DNA from: Macrostomum lignano
Lineage: Eukaryota
Direction of reading: 5' to 3'
DNA: 64,000 nt
Assembly (NCBI GenBank): GCA_002269645.1
Contig: NIVC01002074.1
Span: 1 to 64,000 of the forward strand
Part shown: piece by piece, positions 37,139 to 51,518 of the stretch
Layout of the letters: each line of letters starts with the position of its first letter
Position numbering within the stretch: position 1 is the first letter of the stretch
The notes under the pieces: generated by a model
The model's database searches: none
Seen by the model: the letters and a program-made list of their open reading frames with translations, nothing else
What the model was told of the DNA's origin: nothing
Program-made: the position numbers and the translations under genes

Positions 37139-38262
<1,124 letters not shown>

Positions 38263-38509
38263 AAGCAAAAAGTGAGACTAAATCTCGCTGATCCAAATGC
38301 CAGAGAATATACCTAGAGCGCAACACATGGGCAGAACTCCAGATTGCTTGCACAAATTGTAGCACTGAGTGCAGTGCCCGCATTTACAAGAATAAGCGGC
38401 ATCGATTTATTCCCCCGCAATCTTTTCAAAACTAAGGAGAGTTTCTTGAGATTTTGTTGAGTTAAACCCGTGTCCGAAGCTCAAGGGTTCTCACAGTCTA
38501 TCAAGTCTA

Positions 38510-39100
38510 TCACTCACTCACTCACTCGATCGCCCCTCTCGACCCGTTAAGTAAGCTTTGGAGCAGAAAACTGCGCATCTGTGTTGTGCTGCTGTGTGTC
38601 CGAAATTCGCTTACTACACATCGCTTTGGAGTGGGTTTCCCTGTTCCCCTGCTTTCCCTTGCCGATTCTCTGTGGCTCTCAGCTTTTCAATTGTATTATC
38701 CTGCTAGCGATTTTCTCCTTGCCAGTCTATGCTCAAGTGTGCTTCTTTTACTCCCGGTTCGTCTGTCCCTCTCCATCTTGTTTCTACTGCATGTACCTCC
38801 CGAATCGAGACAGTTTCCTATCGATTAGTTGTTGTTGCTGCGGTCCAAACTCGGAATGGTTGGTTCGCTTTGAAAAGGACGATTTTGACCAAGAAGTGTT
38901 GGCCCGTCGTTTCTGTTTGTGTCAGAGGATTTTCGTCACGGTGCTGAAGGTCTCGAAGAATGATATTCTGGCCTACTGCCTGATCATGATGAGCAATTCA
39001 GGGTCGATGTACACTCTGTATGAGCATGTGCCTGCGTATGTATCTTTGCATAGGAGTGTGAGCATGACTGATACCCATCTACGGGTTGACTGTCGCCTTG
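38510..39100 (-). mobile_element. Possible degenerate RTE-like LINE 3' fragment
   Basis: Broken frames contain LIDRKLSRFGRY and LVKIVLF, loosely resembling RTE ORF2 C-termini, and end in a short (GAGT)n tail. Weak. Confidence 0.3.
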
Positions 39101-39111
39101 ATTTGACTGCA

Positions 39112-39537
<426 letters not shown>

Positions 39538-40249
39538 CACGTGAATGTGTTGCCTCTTTATTTTGCTATTGACTTGAAAACTGCTGAAATAGTGGCCAGC
39601 TGTGTGACAACTGGTGAAGCAACGAAATGAAGTCTAAAACTAACTGCGTAAAATGGTTTGTTCGAAATAATGGACATGAGCAAAATTGTTTTTTTTAGTT
39701 TAAAAATAAGTGATCTGTTTATTTCATAAAAATTTGATTAAGCCTTCCCGACGGCTGATTAAGCTAACTCACTTTCCAATGAACTCTCTAGCCTACTGGT
39801 GTGCGTCTTGGCCATGCTGATAAGAGAATTCTTTAAGTCAGTCTGGACTTGCAATGACGATGACTCACGTGTTCTCTCGGGAAAAGTGAAGGCGAGCACG
39901 CGCAGTTAGTCTGGTGTATCTCTCTCCCTCTCTCTCTATTTCCCTTCTATGATTCTCCCTGCCTCATCTTCGTCTTCACGATTTCCCATGCCTGCTGACG
40001 TAATACCTCCATACGTATATGCTCAGTAGGAGCTAGTGTCTGGTAGGATTTCGTTCTGCTGCCAATCTTCTTCGTGGCTTTTAGCTCTGTGGTTTTATTG
40101 CTTTAGGAAGGTTGCTGGGGTATGATGGCTACTGTACTAGGATTATTACTTTTTAATCGTTTTTTTCGGTTAGTAGATTGCATCTTGACACAGCTTTTTT
40201 TAACTTGGAAGCTAAAAGCCATAGCCTTGCAGCCACTTCACGCTCAGAG

Positions 40250-40695
40250 CTCTAACCTACCACCTCACTCCGCAGCCACCTCACGCCCAGAGCCCTAACC
40301 CGCCACCTCACTCCGCAGCCACCTCACACCCAAACTTCTGCCCCACTATTCCTAACTTCGCAGCCACCTCACACCCAAACCCCTAACCCACCACCTCACT
40401 CCGCAGCCACCCCACGCCCAAACCCCTAACCCACCACTCACTCCGCAGCCACCTCACACCCAAACCTCTGCCCCACTATTCCTAACTTCGCAGCCACCTC
40501 ACACCCAAACCTCTGCCCCACTATTCCTAACTTCGCAGCCACCTCACACCCAAACCCCTAACCCACCACCTCACTTCGCAGCCACCTCACACCCAAACCC
40601 CTAACCCACCACCTCACTTCGCAGCCACCCCACGCCCAAACCCCTAACCCACCACCTCACTCCGCAGCCACCCCACTCCCAAACCCTTACCCAAC
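40250..40695. repeat. C-rich ~43-44-bp minisatellite (cgcagccacctcacacccaaacccctaacccaccacctcactc) with two variant units
   Basis: About 10 copies, ending about 55 nt before FARP exon 2. Confidence 0.9.
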
Positions 40696-40749
40696 CGCTT
40701 CTTTTATAGTCTGTTTATACAAACAACAAAAATTTGGTACGCAATGCAG

Positions 40750-40854
40750 GCTCGACTACCAGGCCAAGAACTGTTTAACGCTGTTGTTAAGAAGCTAAAA
40801 CTTCTAGAAGTCGACTATTTTGATTTGGAATTTCTATCACGCGACGGTCGTCAG
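40750..40854 (+). CDS. FARP: FARP exon 2 (FERM)
   Basis: cag|ARLPGQELFNAVVKKLKLLEVDYFDLEFLSRDGRQ|GTATGT; phase 0-0. Confidence 0.93.
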
Positions 40855-40940
40855 GTATGTTTATAAGTGCAAAAAAATCAATATGCTTTCAAGTAAAAAC
40901 AATATTTTTAATCGGATGTTTTCATAAATTCGTACTTCAG

Positions 40941-41062
40941 TCGTGGCTAGAACATGAGAAGACGCTACCGAAGCAGTGCCCGTCTACCGCTGAGCTGATA
41001 TTTTACTTTTCTGTAAAGTTTTATCCGCCAGATCCGCACCTGCTAGAGGACGAGTTCACCAG
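40941..41062 (+). CDS. FARP: FARP exon 3 (FERM)
   Basis: SWLEHEKTLPKQCPSTAELIFYFSVKFYPPDPHLLEDEFTR; phase 0-2. Confidence 0.95.
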
Positions 41063-41152
41063 GTGGGTGGTTATTTTTTTCTGATCGAGAATTTAATTAG
41101 CGATTTATTTTAAAAAATGGATTAATTAATTCGTAAAACTCGACGCCTGCAG

Positions 41153-41250
41153 GTTTCTGTTCGCTTTGCAAATTAAACGCGATTTATTAAATGGCTTGCT
41201 GCCGTGCAGCGAGAACACTTTGGCTCTGCTGGCCTCCTACCTGGTGCAGG
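41153..41250 (+). CDS. FARP: FARP exon 4 (FERM)
   Basis: FLFALQIKRDLLNGLLPCSENTLALLASYLVQ; phase 2-1; donor GTGAGC. Confidence 0.95.
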
Positions 41251-41329
41251 GTGAGCGCCACTGTTTGCTTTTGTACTGGTAATTGCTTATAGAATCGATC
41301 ATCCGTTAATATTTTATTAATCATTTATC

Positions 41330-41680
41330 AATCATCTGCCAATCGATCTATCAATCACCTATCGATCATCCATAAATCTGTCAACGACCTGTCAATCATG
41401 TTTCAATAATTTATCAATCATCTACCAATCTATCTATCAATCATCTGCCAATCACCGATCATTCATCAATCTATCGATCAATAAATAAATCTATCAACGA
41501 ATTATCAATCGTCTATCAATAATCTACCAATCGTTTATCAATCATTTATCAATGATATTGTAAAGCTATCTATCAATAATCGTTCAATCGAATAATCATT
41601 CGTTCTATCTTATCTTATCTATCTTATCTATCTTATCAATCGTATATCGAATTATCTATTAATCAGCTATTGCTTCTGTA
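41330..41680. repeat. Degenerate ATCA/TCAATC low-complexity repeat
   Basis: Loose repetition of tcaatcatctatc. Confidence 0.7.
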
Positions 41681-42384
41681 TCAATCATCTCATGCCTCCA
41701 TAATGATTACCTCTCGCAACGGTTGCACTACACGAGAAGTATTCTACTGGAGGGGAAGGCTTCGGCAGCCGGGATTTCGCCAAGCCTCGATTACTAGACA
41801 TGCATGCCGTCAGATGCGTGCTGTCCCATTCCACACAATCTGAGAATGGTTGGGCAAGGCGGGAGAATCTGGACAGAACTGGCAATTCCAGCTTGGCCTC
41901 GTGGGGGGGGGATTTTTATCCTCAAGTCCAGTGTTCAAGCCTGGCGTGTTGCCTTCCTGCCTGGCTTGAATTTTTGCTTTCTTTATCGTCAACTTTTCTC
42001 TGCCTCCGCGGCCTGACCCCCCTCCCAGCTTTCAATCTTCATCCTAGATGCAGCGGTTCTCTTTGACTCGGTCACGCGAGCTTTTGCCTGAAATTTCTCT
42101 TTTTCTTCCTTGACGAAGGGGAAACTTTTCGCTTTTTCACTGACTCTTCTCTCTTCATTTGCTTCATTTATTTATGGCCTGGATGCTGGAAACAATGAGA
42201 CCTGCTGTCGCCTTCTCGGGGATCAACTTTCAGTCGAAAAAGCAGACTTTTGTCATTAGTTTTAGTGTCAGCTTTTTATTATTGCTTGACTGCAATAAAA
42301 TCCTGCAGTTGTGTGTTTTGGGGCTTTTGGAGATGGCTGGGATCTCAGAGATGTTATTGGGGACCAGATGGGGTTGATGTTTGA

Positions 42385-42775
42385 GTCAGAGAGGTCAGTG
42401 GGCAGTCAGAGGGGTCAGTGGGAGTCAAAGAGGTCAGTATGGAGTCTGGGGGTCAGTGGGGAGTCAGAAGGGTCAGTGGAGAGTCAGGGGGGTCAATCGT
42501 GAGTCAGAGGGGTCAGTGGAGAGTCAGAGGGGTCAATCGGGAGTCAGAGGGGTCAATGGGGAGTCAGAGGGGTCAATCGGGAGTCAGAGGGGTCAATCGG
42601 GAGTCAGAGGGGTCAGTGGGGAGTCAGAGGGGTCAGTGGGTAGTAAGAGGGTCAGTGGAGAGTCAGAGTGGTCAGTGGGGAGTCAAAGGGGTCAGTGGGA
42701 AGTCAGTGGGGAGTCAAAGGGGTCAGTGGGGATTCAGAGGGGTCAGTGGGGAGTCGGAAGGGTCAGTGGGGAGTC
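42385..42775. repeat. 20-bp G-rich minisatellite (gggagtcagaggggtcagtg)
   Basis: About 19 variant copies. Confidence 0.93.
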
Positions 42776-42908
42776 AGGGATTTCTGGGTTCAAAAGGCTC
42801 TGTGATATCTGTCGGTTTTGCCTACAGTGTCTTACAGGCATAAATATTTCTACCTTAAGTGTGTTTAATTTTTACTACTCTTTGTAATCCTTAATAAATT
42901 AATTTCAG

Positions 42909-43035
42909 CCGAAATCGGTGACTTCCTCGAAGACGAGTACTTGGACACTTTGTACCTCACCCAGCTGAAAGTGCTTCCCCAGCCCTACACAGACGAATTG
43001 CTGTTTAAAGTGATGGAGTATCACAAAGCTCACCT
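42909..43035 (+). CDS. FARP: FARP exon 5 (FERM)
   Basis: AEIGDFLEDEYLDTLYLTQLKVLPQPYTDELLFKVMEYHKAHL; phase 1-2; donor GTGAGT. Confidence 0.93.
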
Positions 43036-43087
43036 GTGAGTGCTTCTTATGCGACAGAGACAACCTCGAATCGGCCTTTGATTCAAT

Positions 43088-43670
43088 AGAATACTGGACC
43101 TCTTCAAAGAATACCCTTAATACTGGACCTCTTCAAAGAATACCCTTAATACTGGACCTCTTCAAAGAATACCCTTAATACTGGACCTCTTCAAGGAATA
43201 CCCTTAATACTGGACCTCTTCAAATTGATGCCCTTAATACTGGACCTCTTCAAGGAATTCCCTTAATACTTGACCTCTTCAAGGAATACCCTTAATACTT
43301 GACCTTTTCAAATTGATGCCCTTAATACTGGACCTCTTCAAATTGATGCCCTTAATACTGGACCTCTTCAAGGAATTCCCTTAATACTTGACCTCTTCAA
43401 GGAATACCCTTAATACTTGACCTCTTCAAATTGATGCCCTTAATACTGGACTCTTCAAATTGATGCCCTTAATACTGGATCTCTTCAAATTGATGCCCTT
43501 AATACTGGATCTCTTCAAATTGATGCCCTTAATACTGGACCTCTTCAAATTGATGCCCTTAATACTGGACCTCTTCAAATTGATACCCTTAATACTGGAC
43601 CTCTTCAAATTGATGCCCTTAATACTGTACCTCTTCAAATTGATGCCCTTAATACTGGACCTCTTCAAAG
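43088..43670. repeat. 30-bp minisatellite (taatactggacctcttcaaattgatgccct)
   Basis: About 19 copies in two variant classes. Confidence 0.95.
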
Positions 43671-44439
43671 GACACTTTCAATACTCAATCTCTATAATCT
43701 GGTAAACTGATCGAAAAAATGAATGAAGCAGCTTTTGAAAATGAATAAATTTAATCATATTGGATTAATAGCACCGCCCTGTATGGAAATAAGCTGGGAT
43801 GTGAAAGGGAAACTGCAGAGGCCCGTCAGTACTCCCTTGTAGGGAGTTGGGATTGGCTGGAGGCAGTTAGCAAGTTTTTTGGTCGCGAGAATGTACCAGC
43901 ATATAGGGCTGACAACAGCGGAGGCTCAGAGACCGAATTGAATCATTTCTCAGCAGAGCTCCGTGTGAGCAGCGCTTCCGCTCTGCCTTTGCCCAGACTC
44001 TGTCCTACGAACTCGCTACTCCATGCAGCAGCGGTCGATAATGATAAGCTGAATTAATTATCCCATCAAGGCTCGCCTGGGTAGGCCTGGAAGGGGCGGG
44101 GTGGCTGATGGGGGACTAAGATGGTCGCTAAGGGGAAATGGCTTGCTGCCCAGTTGCTGGCTGTAACTGGCATTCTGTCTCTCTTCCAGACTCTCATCTT
44201 ATCCTCCTGTTTGAGCTAGTTTTTCTAAGCTGTGCTGTTCAAAGACTGAAGATTTGCGTTTGATTTCTATTAGATTCGGGGGGGGGGGGTTAATTAACAA
44301 GTTCGAGACTGCTTTTGGAGTGGCTTTTTTATACCGAATTTCATCTACAGACTGGTACTAGGACAGACAGATGGACAGGACGCTAAGACAGTTGGAAACT
44401 AAGACACTGTGACACTGAGACAATTAGACACTAGGACTC

Positions 44440-45400
44440 TAGAACACTAGGACTGTGGACACTAGAACACTAGGACTGTGGACACTAGAACACAAGGACT
44501 GTGGACACTAGAACACTATAGGACTGTGGACACTAGAACACAAGGACTGTGGACACTAGAACACGAGGACTGTGGACACTAGAACACTATAGGACTGTGG
44601 ACACTAGAACACAAGGACTGTGGACACTAGAACACTAGGACTGTGGACACTAGAACACTATAGGACTGTGGACACTAGAACACGAGGACTGTGGACACTA
44701 GAACACAAGGACTGTGGACACTAGAACACTAGGACTGTGGGCACTAGAACACGAGGACTGTGGACACTAGAACACCAGGACTGTGGACACTAGAACACGA
44801 AGACTGTGGACACTAGAACACGAGGACTGTGGACACTAGAACACGAGGACTGTGGACACTAGAACACGAAGACTGTGGACACTAGAACACAAGGACTGTG
44901 GACACTAGAACACAAGGACTGTGGACACTAGAACACAAGGACTGTGGACACTAGAACACAAGGACTGTGGACACTAGAACACGAGGACTGTGGACACTAG
45001 AACACAAGGACTGTGGACACTAGAACACAAGGACTGTGGACACTAGAACACAAGGACTGTGGACACTAGAACACAAGGACTGTGGACACTAGAACACGAG
45101 GACTGTGGACACTAGAACACGAGGACTGTGGACACTAGAACACGAGGACTGTGGGCACTAGAACACGAGGACTGTGGACACTAGAACACGAGGACTGTGG
45201 ACACTAGAACACGAGGACTGTGGACACTAGAACACTAGGACTGTGGACACTAGAACACTAGGACTGTGGACACTAGAACACTAGGACTGTGGACACTAGA
45301 ACACTAGGACTGTGGACACTAGAACACTAGGACTGTGGACACTAGAACACTAGGACTGTGGACACTAGAACACTAGGACTGTGGGCACTAGAATACTAGG
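44440..45400. repeat. 23-bp minisatellite (ctagaacacaaggactgtggaca)
   Basis: About 40 copies, varying at one position (a/g/t). Confidence 0.97.
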
Positions 45401-45560
45401 ACACTAAGAAACTAAGATACTAAGATACTAGGGCACTAGAACACAAGGACTGTGGATACTAGGATACCAGGACACTAAGAAACTAAGATACTGAGGATAC
45501 CTGAGTGCTACTATTGGGACAATTATAGCATACATTATTAGTATTAATGCTAATTTGCAG

Positions 45561-45648
45561 CGGCCTCACACCGGAAGATGCCGAATACAGCCTGTTGGAC
45601 ACGGCTAGAAAGGTTGAGCTGTACGGCATACGGCTGCATCCTGCCAGG
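45561..45648 (+). CDS. FARP: FARP exon 6 (FERM)
   Basis: GLTPEDAEYSLLDTARKVELYGIRLHPAR; phase 2-0. Confidence 0.95.
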
Positions 45649-45769
45649 GTGAGGGGTGTTTCCTTTGCTGCTATGTGGCTACTTATTAGTAGTAATCTGT
45701 GTGTTAAATTGCATTCAATTATTGAAAGCCGCTGGGGGATGAAATGTTTGTCAGACATTGGGTGTCATG

Positions 45770-46185
45770 TAGAGTGGGTGTCAGGTTTAGGTGGAGTGGG
45801 TGTCAGATTAAGGTAGATTGGCTGTCAGGTATAGGTAGAGTGGGTGTCAGGTACAGGTAGAGGGGGTGTCAGGTTAAGGTAGATTGAGTGTCAGGTTAAG
45901 GTAGAGTGGGTTTCAGGTTAAGGTAGATTGGGTGTCAGGTTTAGGGTAGGTAGAGTGGGTATCAGGTTAAGGTAGATTGGCTGTCAGGTATAGGTAGATT
46001 GGGTGTCAGGTTAAGGTAGAGTGGGTGTCAGGTTAAGGTAGAGTGGGTGTCAGGTTAAGGTAGATTGGGTGTCAGGTTAAGGTAGAGTGGGTGTCAGGTT
46101 AAGGTAGATTGGGTGTCAGGTTAAGGTAGAGTGGGTGTCAAGTTAAGGTAGATTGGGTGTCAGGTAAAGGTAGATTCTGTGTCAG
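45770..46185. repeat. 22-bp minisatellite (gggtgtcaggttaaggtagagt)
   Basis: About 18 copies, filling most of FARP intron 6. Confidence 0.93.
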
Positions 46186-46279
46186 GTATAGATTGGTATA
46201 CATAATTAGTATATAAATGCATGTACTTCAAGGTATAAGTTAGGAGCCAGCATGATATCCCCCCGGCTCTCGAACCCAG

Positions 46280-46435
46280 GACCACGAAGGCCTGCCGCTG
46301 AACCTGGCCGTGGCCCACGCTGGCGTGCTGGTGTTCCAGGGCACCGCCCGCATCAACACCTTCAGCTGGGCCAAGATACGGAAGCTGAGCTTCAAACGGA
46401 AAAAGTTTCTGGTCAAGCTGCACCCGGAAGGATAC
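46280..46435 (+). CDS. FARP: FARP exon 7 (FERM C-lobe)
   Basis: [52 protein letters not shown]; phase 0-0; donor GTGAGT. Confidence 0.97.
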
Positions 46436-46789
46436 GTGAGTGAGGCGTACCTATTATCTTCAGTTTTTCTGGCGGATATTTCCTTTGCTAGCTTGCAATT
46501 GTTTTTTTAGTTTTTTAAGCCAGCCTTTGTTTCTATCAGTTGCTTTTCTGTTTCACTTCTGCTTTAAGAAATAATTTTGCCAAGTTTTTTTCAAGATTTT
46601 GACTACAAAACTCTTACATCTTTAACAGCATGCGATAGATATCACTAATCAGATATGTTGGTAAGTAGGCAAGTTTGGGTGCATACAGGTATATTGAGGT
46701 AGATTGATCTTTAATTATTAAATAATTTGATGTTTCATTGATCGCCTGACCAACTGATTTGTTGACCGATCGATTGATTGATCAATTAA

Positions 46790-46812
46790 ATGATTGACTG
46801 ATTGCTTGATTT

Positions 46813-46861
<49 letters not shown>

Positions 46862-46886
46862 CTGGTTGATTATTTGATTGACTGAC

Positions 46887-46919
<33 letters not shown>

Positions 46920-46934
46920 ATTTGATTGACTGAC

Positions 46935-46993
<59 letters not shown>

Positions 46994-47198
46994 CTGATTG
47001 ATTGACTGATTGATTGATTATTTGATTGATTGACTGATTGATTGATTGATTGACTGATTGATTGATTGATTGACTGGTTGATTATTTGATTGACTGACTG
47101 ATTGATTGATTGATTGATTGATTGACTGATTGATTGACTGATTGATTATTTGATTGATTGATTGACTGATTGATTGATTGATTGATTGACTGACTGAC

Positions 47199-47249
<51 letters not shown>

Positions 47250-47250
47250 C

Positions 47251-47281
<31 letters not shown>

Positions 47282-47326
47282 CTGATTGATTGATTGATTG
47301 ACTGATTGATTGATTGATTGATTGAC

Positions 47327-47369
<43 letters not shown>

Positions 47370-47438
47370 CTGATTGATTGATTGATTGACTGATTGATTG
47401 ATTGATTGATTGACTGATTGACTGATTGATTGATTGAC

Positions 47439-47473
<35 letters not shown>

Positions 47474-47474
47474 C

Positions 47475-47527
<53 letters not shown>
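46790..47527. repeat. (ATTG)n/(ACTG) microsatellite
   Basis: Direct reading. Confidence 0.99.
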
Positions 47528-48159
47528 ATTTAATGCCGCAATGGTAAATGCCGCATGCAGTGCCCATCTAAGCTTCAGTCAGTTAAGAGTACGGCATTAT
47601 TCAAGCATATTTTTCAGACTGGATCATTTTTCAAATTGACAACAGAAGCGAAAGCAAATTTTTCGGAATTATTTTTTCTGCCCATCAAATCCCCATCCGC
47701 GTGTTTCTCAGACAAAAGAAGATTTTCTCCAAGTTTTTTGTAAAAAAACTGCAAATTCGTCTGTCACAATTTCAGAACCCCGACTCGGAACTATTGGCCT
47801 CAATGCAGCTCTTTGTCATTGAAGGCGTAAGGCATTCTAATAGATAGCTAGTCATCAGTTCTGCTTCTGACCCCTCCTCAAGTGTCTCCGTTTTTTGCTT
47901 CAAACAAAAAATTCTCCACAGTTTCTGTTGGGCAAAAAGCATCATCATTAAATCGCAGTGTTTTTTATGTTTTATTATTTATCAATGTTTCACACACTGT
48001 TAAGTTTGGCTTCAAGTTGACGTAATTGCTAGTTTTGACAAGAAAACAAGTAAAAGTAAAAGTTTTGTATTGTATCTCTTTGCTGGCATTGTGCTTGATT
48101 AAAAACTGTAAAAAATCTGACTTTAACTTTTTCTACAGTAGAGGTTTTATCTCAGTTTT

Positions 48160-48390
48160 TTTGGACTGGGACCTCTGGGTGTACCTGGACTGGAAGTCGG
48201 CGAAGGGACCTCTGGGTATACTTGGGCTGGAAGCCGCCAATGGACCTCTGGGTATACCTGGGCTGGAAGGCAAGGGGACGTCTGTATACCTGGACTGGAA
48301 GCAGGCGAAAGGACCTCTAGGTATACTTGGGCTGGAAGCCGGCCAATGGACCTCTGGGTATACCTGGGCTGGAAGGCAAGGGAACCTCTG
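48160..48390. repeat. Degenerate ~33-36-bp minisatellite (ggacctctgggtatacctgggctggaag...)
   Basis: About 6 copies. Confidence 0.85.
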
Positions 48391-49309
48391 TCTGAGCTCA
48401 TCAAGATAATTCTCGATTTCTTTGTAGCTAAAAATTCCACCAATCCAACTGCATGGGAAGTTTCTCTTGCTTAGATTAGTATTAAGCATATATACGAAAT
48501 AGTTTTGTGTACTTTTTCTTTGGCTTTTCTCAAGTCGATGGTTTGGTCAGTCGTCAGCATTCCAATCCTCTGCTTTGTCTTTGTCTATACTTCCACCCAG
48601 GCACAATCGCAATGGTTGATTGCGCAAGCTTTCATACTAAACAAGTGCATTGCATAATGTATTTTGCCCAGCACTGTTTGTGAGAGATTCAATTTAGACT
48701 ACTGAGAAAAGTAGACGAATAGAGATTTGAATTTTAAAATATCTCACGTCGCCCTAAAAGAAATGGCAGCAGGAAAAAAATATCTTGTGAGCACACTAAA
48801 AGTGGTGAGAGGACGGCGTGTGGCCATCGCTCACTGACGAAGCCTGCCTGCGCGAGGTTCAACCTGCACTTTTAGTGTGTCACTCGGTGTGAACAATCTG
48901 CCATAGCTGATTGATTGATGATGCTGCTAAAAATTGCACAATTTTTATACACCTGTGGGTAGTAAATTCTGTACTTTGCAATTCAGTCGAAAGACGGCAT
49001 GTTATCAAAGATGTTAATATTATTATGCCTAGCTAGCACGTAATCTGATTTTTATTGATGAGTGCATTTAATAAGCTGTTCAGATTTTATTGTGCCATTG
49101 GCAGGCTGTGCTTTCTTTCATTTTTTAATGTTGCAAACACCCATGCAGTGCAGTTAAAGATCTGATGCACACTTAATGGCTCTTTTTGACGCTGGTTAAA
49201 TGGGGATTACTATGGGGAGTCACATTATTGTACATTTTTATCGTACGTGCTTAACTTGATATTTTAGGAATAGGAAGCCTAATAAGTTTGATATCCTAAT
49301 GAGACTCGC

Positions 49310-49575
49310 CTCACCAACCCCACTCCACCCACCCATTGTACACTCTCTCCAGACCAACCCTCACTTCACCAACCCCACTCCACCCTCCCCATTGTACGCT
49401 CTCTCCAGACCAACCCTCACTTCACCAACCCCACTCCACCCACCCATTGTACACTCTCTCCAGACCAACCCTCACTTCACCAACCCCACTCCACCCTCCC
49501 CATTGTACGCTCTCTCCAGGCCAAGCCTCACCTCGCCAACCCACTCCACCCACCCCATTGCACACTCTCTCCAGA
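49310..49575. repeat. C-rich ~55-bp minisatellite (caccaaccccactccacccacccattgtacactctctccagaccaaccctcactt)
   Basis: About 4.5 copies. Confidence 0.9.
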
Positions 49576-49804
49576 CGTTGATAGGCTTAACGTACATTGA
49601 ATTATTTGATTAAAATATATCTACAAATACTTATTCAACTACACAGGAAACACAAAAGTTTGTATTTGATCTACTTAATTAAACCGTCCACACCAATGTG
49701 ACAGTGGACTGCATGCAGGGTCATTATTTAATTAATTATAGAGTGCTGACTTTACTGTGAATAATCATCTGTTAACCCATCACCTGCTGCTCTCAACCCA
49801 ACAG

Positions 49805-49965
49805 AACTATTTCAAGGACGTAGTTGAGTTCTATTTCGATTCGAGAGACGAGTGCAAGCACTTTTGGAAGAAGTGCATCGAGCATCACACGTTCTTCCGT
49901 TGCCAAGGCGTTAAACAGGCTGGCAAGTCGCGATCTAAAGTCGTTTCCAAGGGATCCTCGTTCAG
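49805..49965 (+). CDS. FARP: FARP exon 8 (end of FERM, start of FERM-adjacent region)
   Basis: NYFKDVVEFYFDSRDECKHFWKKCIEHHTFFRCQGVKQAGKSRSKVVSKGSSFR; phase 0-2. Confidence 0.96.
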
Positions 49966-49984
49966 GTGGGAGAATATTATTTTT

Positions 49985-50330
49985 TATGCGTCTTTGTTCT
50001 AGCTCGTATTCTGGTCAAGCTCATTATGGTCACTCTAATGAGTCTTTGTTCTAGCTCGTATTCTGGCCAAGCTCATTATGGTCACTCTAATGAGTCTTTG
50101 TTCTATTCAGGCCAAGCTCATAATAGTCACTTTAATGAGTCTTTGTTCTATTCAGGCCAAGCCTATAATGGTCACTCTAATGAGTCTTTGTTCTATTCAG
50201 GCCAAGCCTATAATGGTCACTCTACTGAGTCTTTGTTCTATTCAGGCCAAGCCTATAATGGTCACTCTACTGAGTCTTTGTTCTATTCAGGCGAAGCCTA
50301 TAATGGTCACTCTACTGAGTCTTTGTTCGA
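49985..50330. repeat. 45-bp minisatellite (gagtctttgttctattcaggccaagcctataatggtcactctaat)
   Basis: About 7 copies, starting about 20 nt after the exon 8 donor. Confidence 0.93.
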
Positions 50331-50475
50331 ATCTGAGTCGATGATATTCAGACTATTGTTTTAGAATCTAGAGCTCTTTTTACAATATATAAATGTAATT
50401 TACAGCTATTTGCGTTCAGAAGTCTTTGTTCCAATCTGGCTTCAAAGGAGCCGCCGCCTCCCACCGCCTACGCAG

Positions 50476-50550
50476 GTACTGCGGCCGCACCCAGAAGCAG
50501 CTAATTGAATTTGTTCGCGAGAACTACGTTAAACGGCCGCAGTTTGATAG
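50476..50550 (+). CDS. FARP: FARP exon 9 (FERM-adjacent)
   Basis: YCGRTQKQLIEFVRENYVKRPQFDR; completes the FA motif GSSFR/YCGRTQ; phase 2-2. Confidence 0.95.
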
Positions 50551-50818
50551 GTAGACCAGCGACCTCAGAATCAATAATCCATAATGTTCCATACACCCTA
50601 CTTTTTGAGGGAGAATCTGAGTAGGCTAGTGGCGAATATTAATGCCTAGAATATTTTTAAAGCAAAAAATCCAAGCTTTAACGAATTATTTGGCATATTT
50701 GCGCGTTTAGCATATTTATATAGGATTAAAAAATTCGCCACTTGCCTACTCAAATCTTCACCAATTAAGTAGACTATATGGTACATTATTTGACTCGATT
50801 CCTTTGCAATCTTGTCAG

Positions 50819-51068
50819 GAGCTCCAGCGGAGCCCGCTCGTTGCCCAGCAGGTCGCCAGCGGCGCGCCGGGCGCCGCACCTGCAGAGCGGCAGCGGCAGC
50901 GGCCACTGGCAGCAGCAGCAGCAAAACAGCTCGGCGAGGTCGGCCGCTTCGACTTCTTCAGCCGGGTCGCACGTCCTGCTTGCCGCCGGCGCCAGTGCGG
51001 GCGTGGAAGTGGATTTTTATGGCGGACAGCGCAGTCGGACACTGCCGGCCGGGCAGCACTACCTTCAG
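50819..51068 (+). CDS. FARP: FARP exon 10 (low-complexity linker)
   Basis: tgtcag|G acceptor (phase 2) and CAG|GTGAGT donor (phase 0); frame-consistent with both neighbours. Confidence 0.8.
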
Positions 51069-51084
51069 GTGAGTTGTGTGTGAA

Positions 51085-51440
51085 TGGGCACGGGACATTT
51101 CGTCCGGACAATTTTTCCGGTGAGTCATTCCGTCCGGATAGTTTGTCCGGTGAGTCATTCCGTCCGGACAGTTTGTCCAGTGAGTCATTCCGTCCGGACA
51201 GTTTGTCCAGTGAGTCATTCCGTCCGGACAGTAGTTTGTCCGGATGAGTCATTCCGTCCGGAAAGTTTGTCCGGTGAGTCATTCCGTCCGGACAGTTTGT
51301 CCGGTGAGTCATTCCGTCCGGACAGTTTGTCCGGTGAGTCATTCCGTCCGGACAGTTTTTCCGGTGAGTCATTCGGTCCGGATAGTTTGTCCGGTGAGTC
51401 ATTCCATCCGGACAGTTTGTCCAGTGAGTCATTTCGTTCG
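51085..51440. repeat. 30-bp minisatellite with internal palindrome (gagtcattccgtccggacagtttgtccggt)
   Basis: About 11 copies; each contains ccggaca-gtt-tgtccgg. Confidence 0.95.
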
Positions 51441-51518
51441 TACAATTCCTTCGGGAGGATTATTTCCGGATAATTTTTCAACTTATCACCACAAACCCCT
51501 CCTCACTACTATCGGCAG

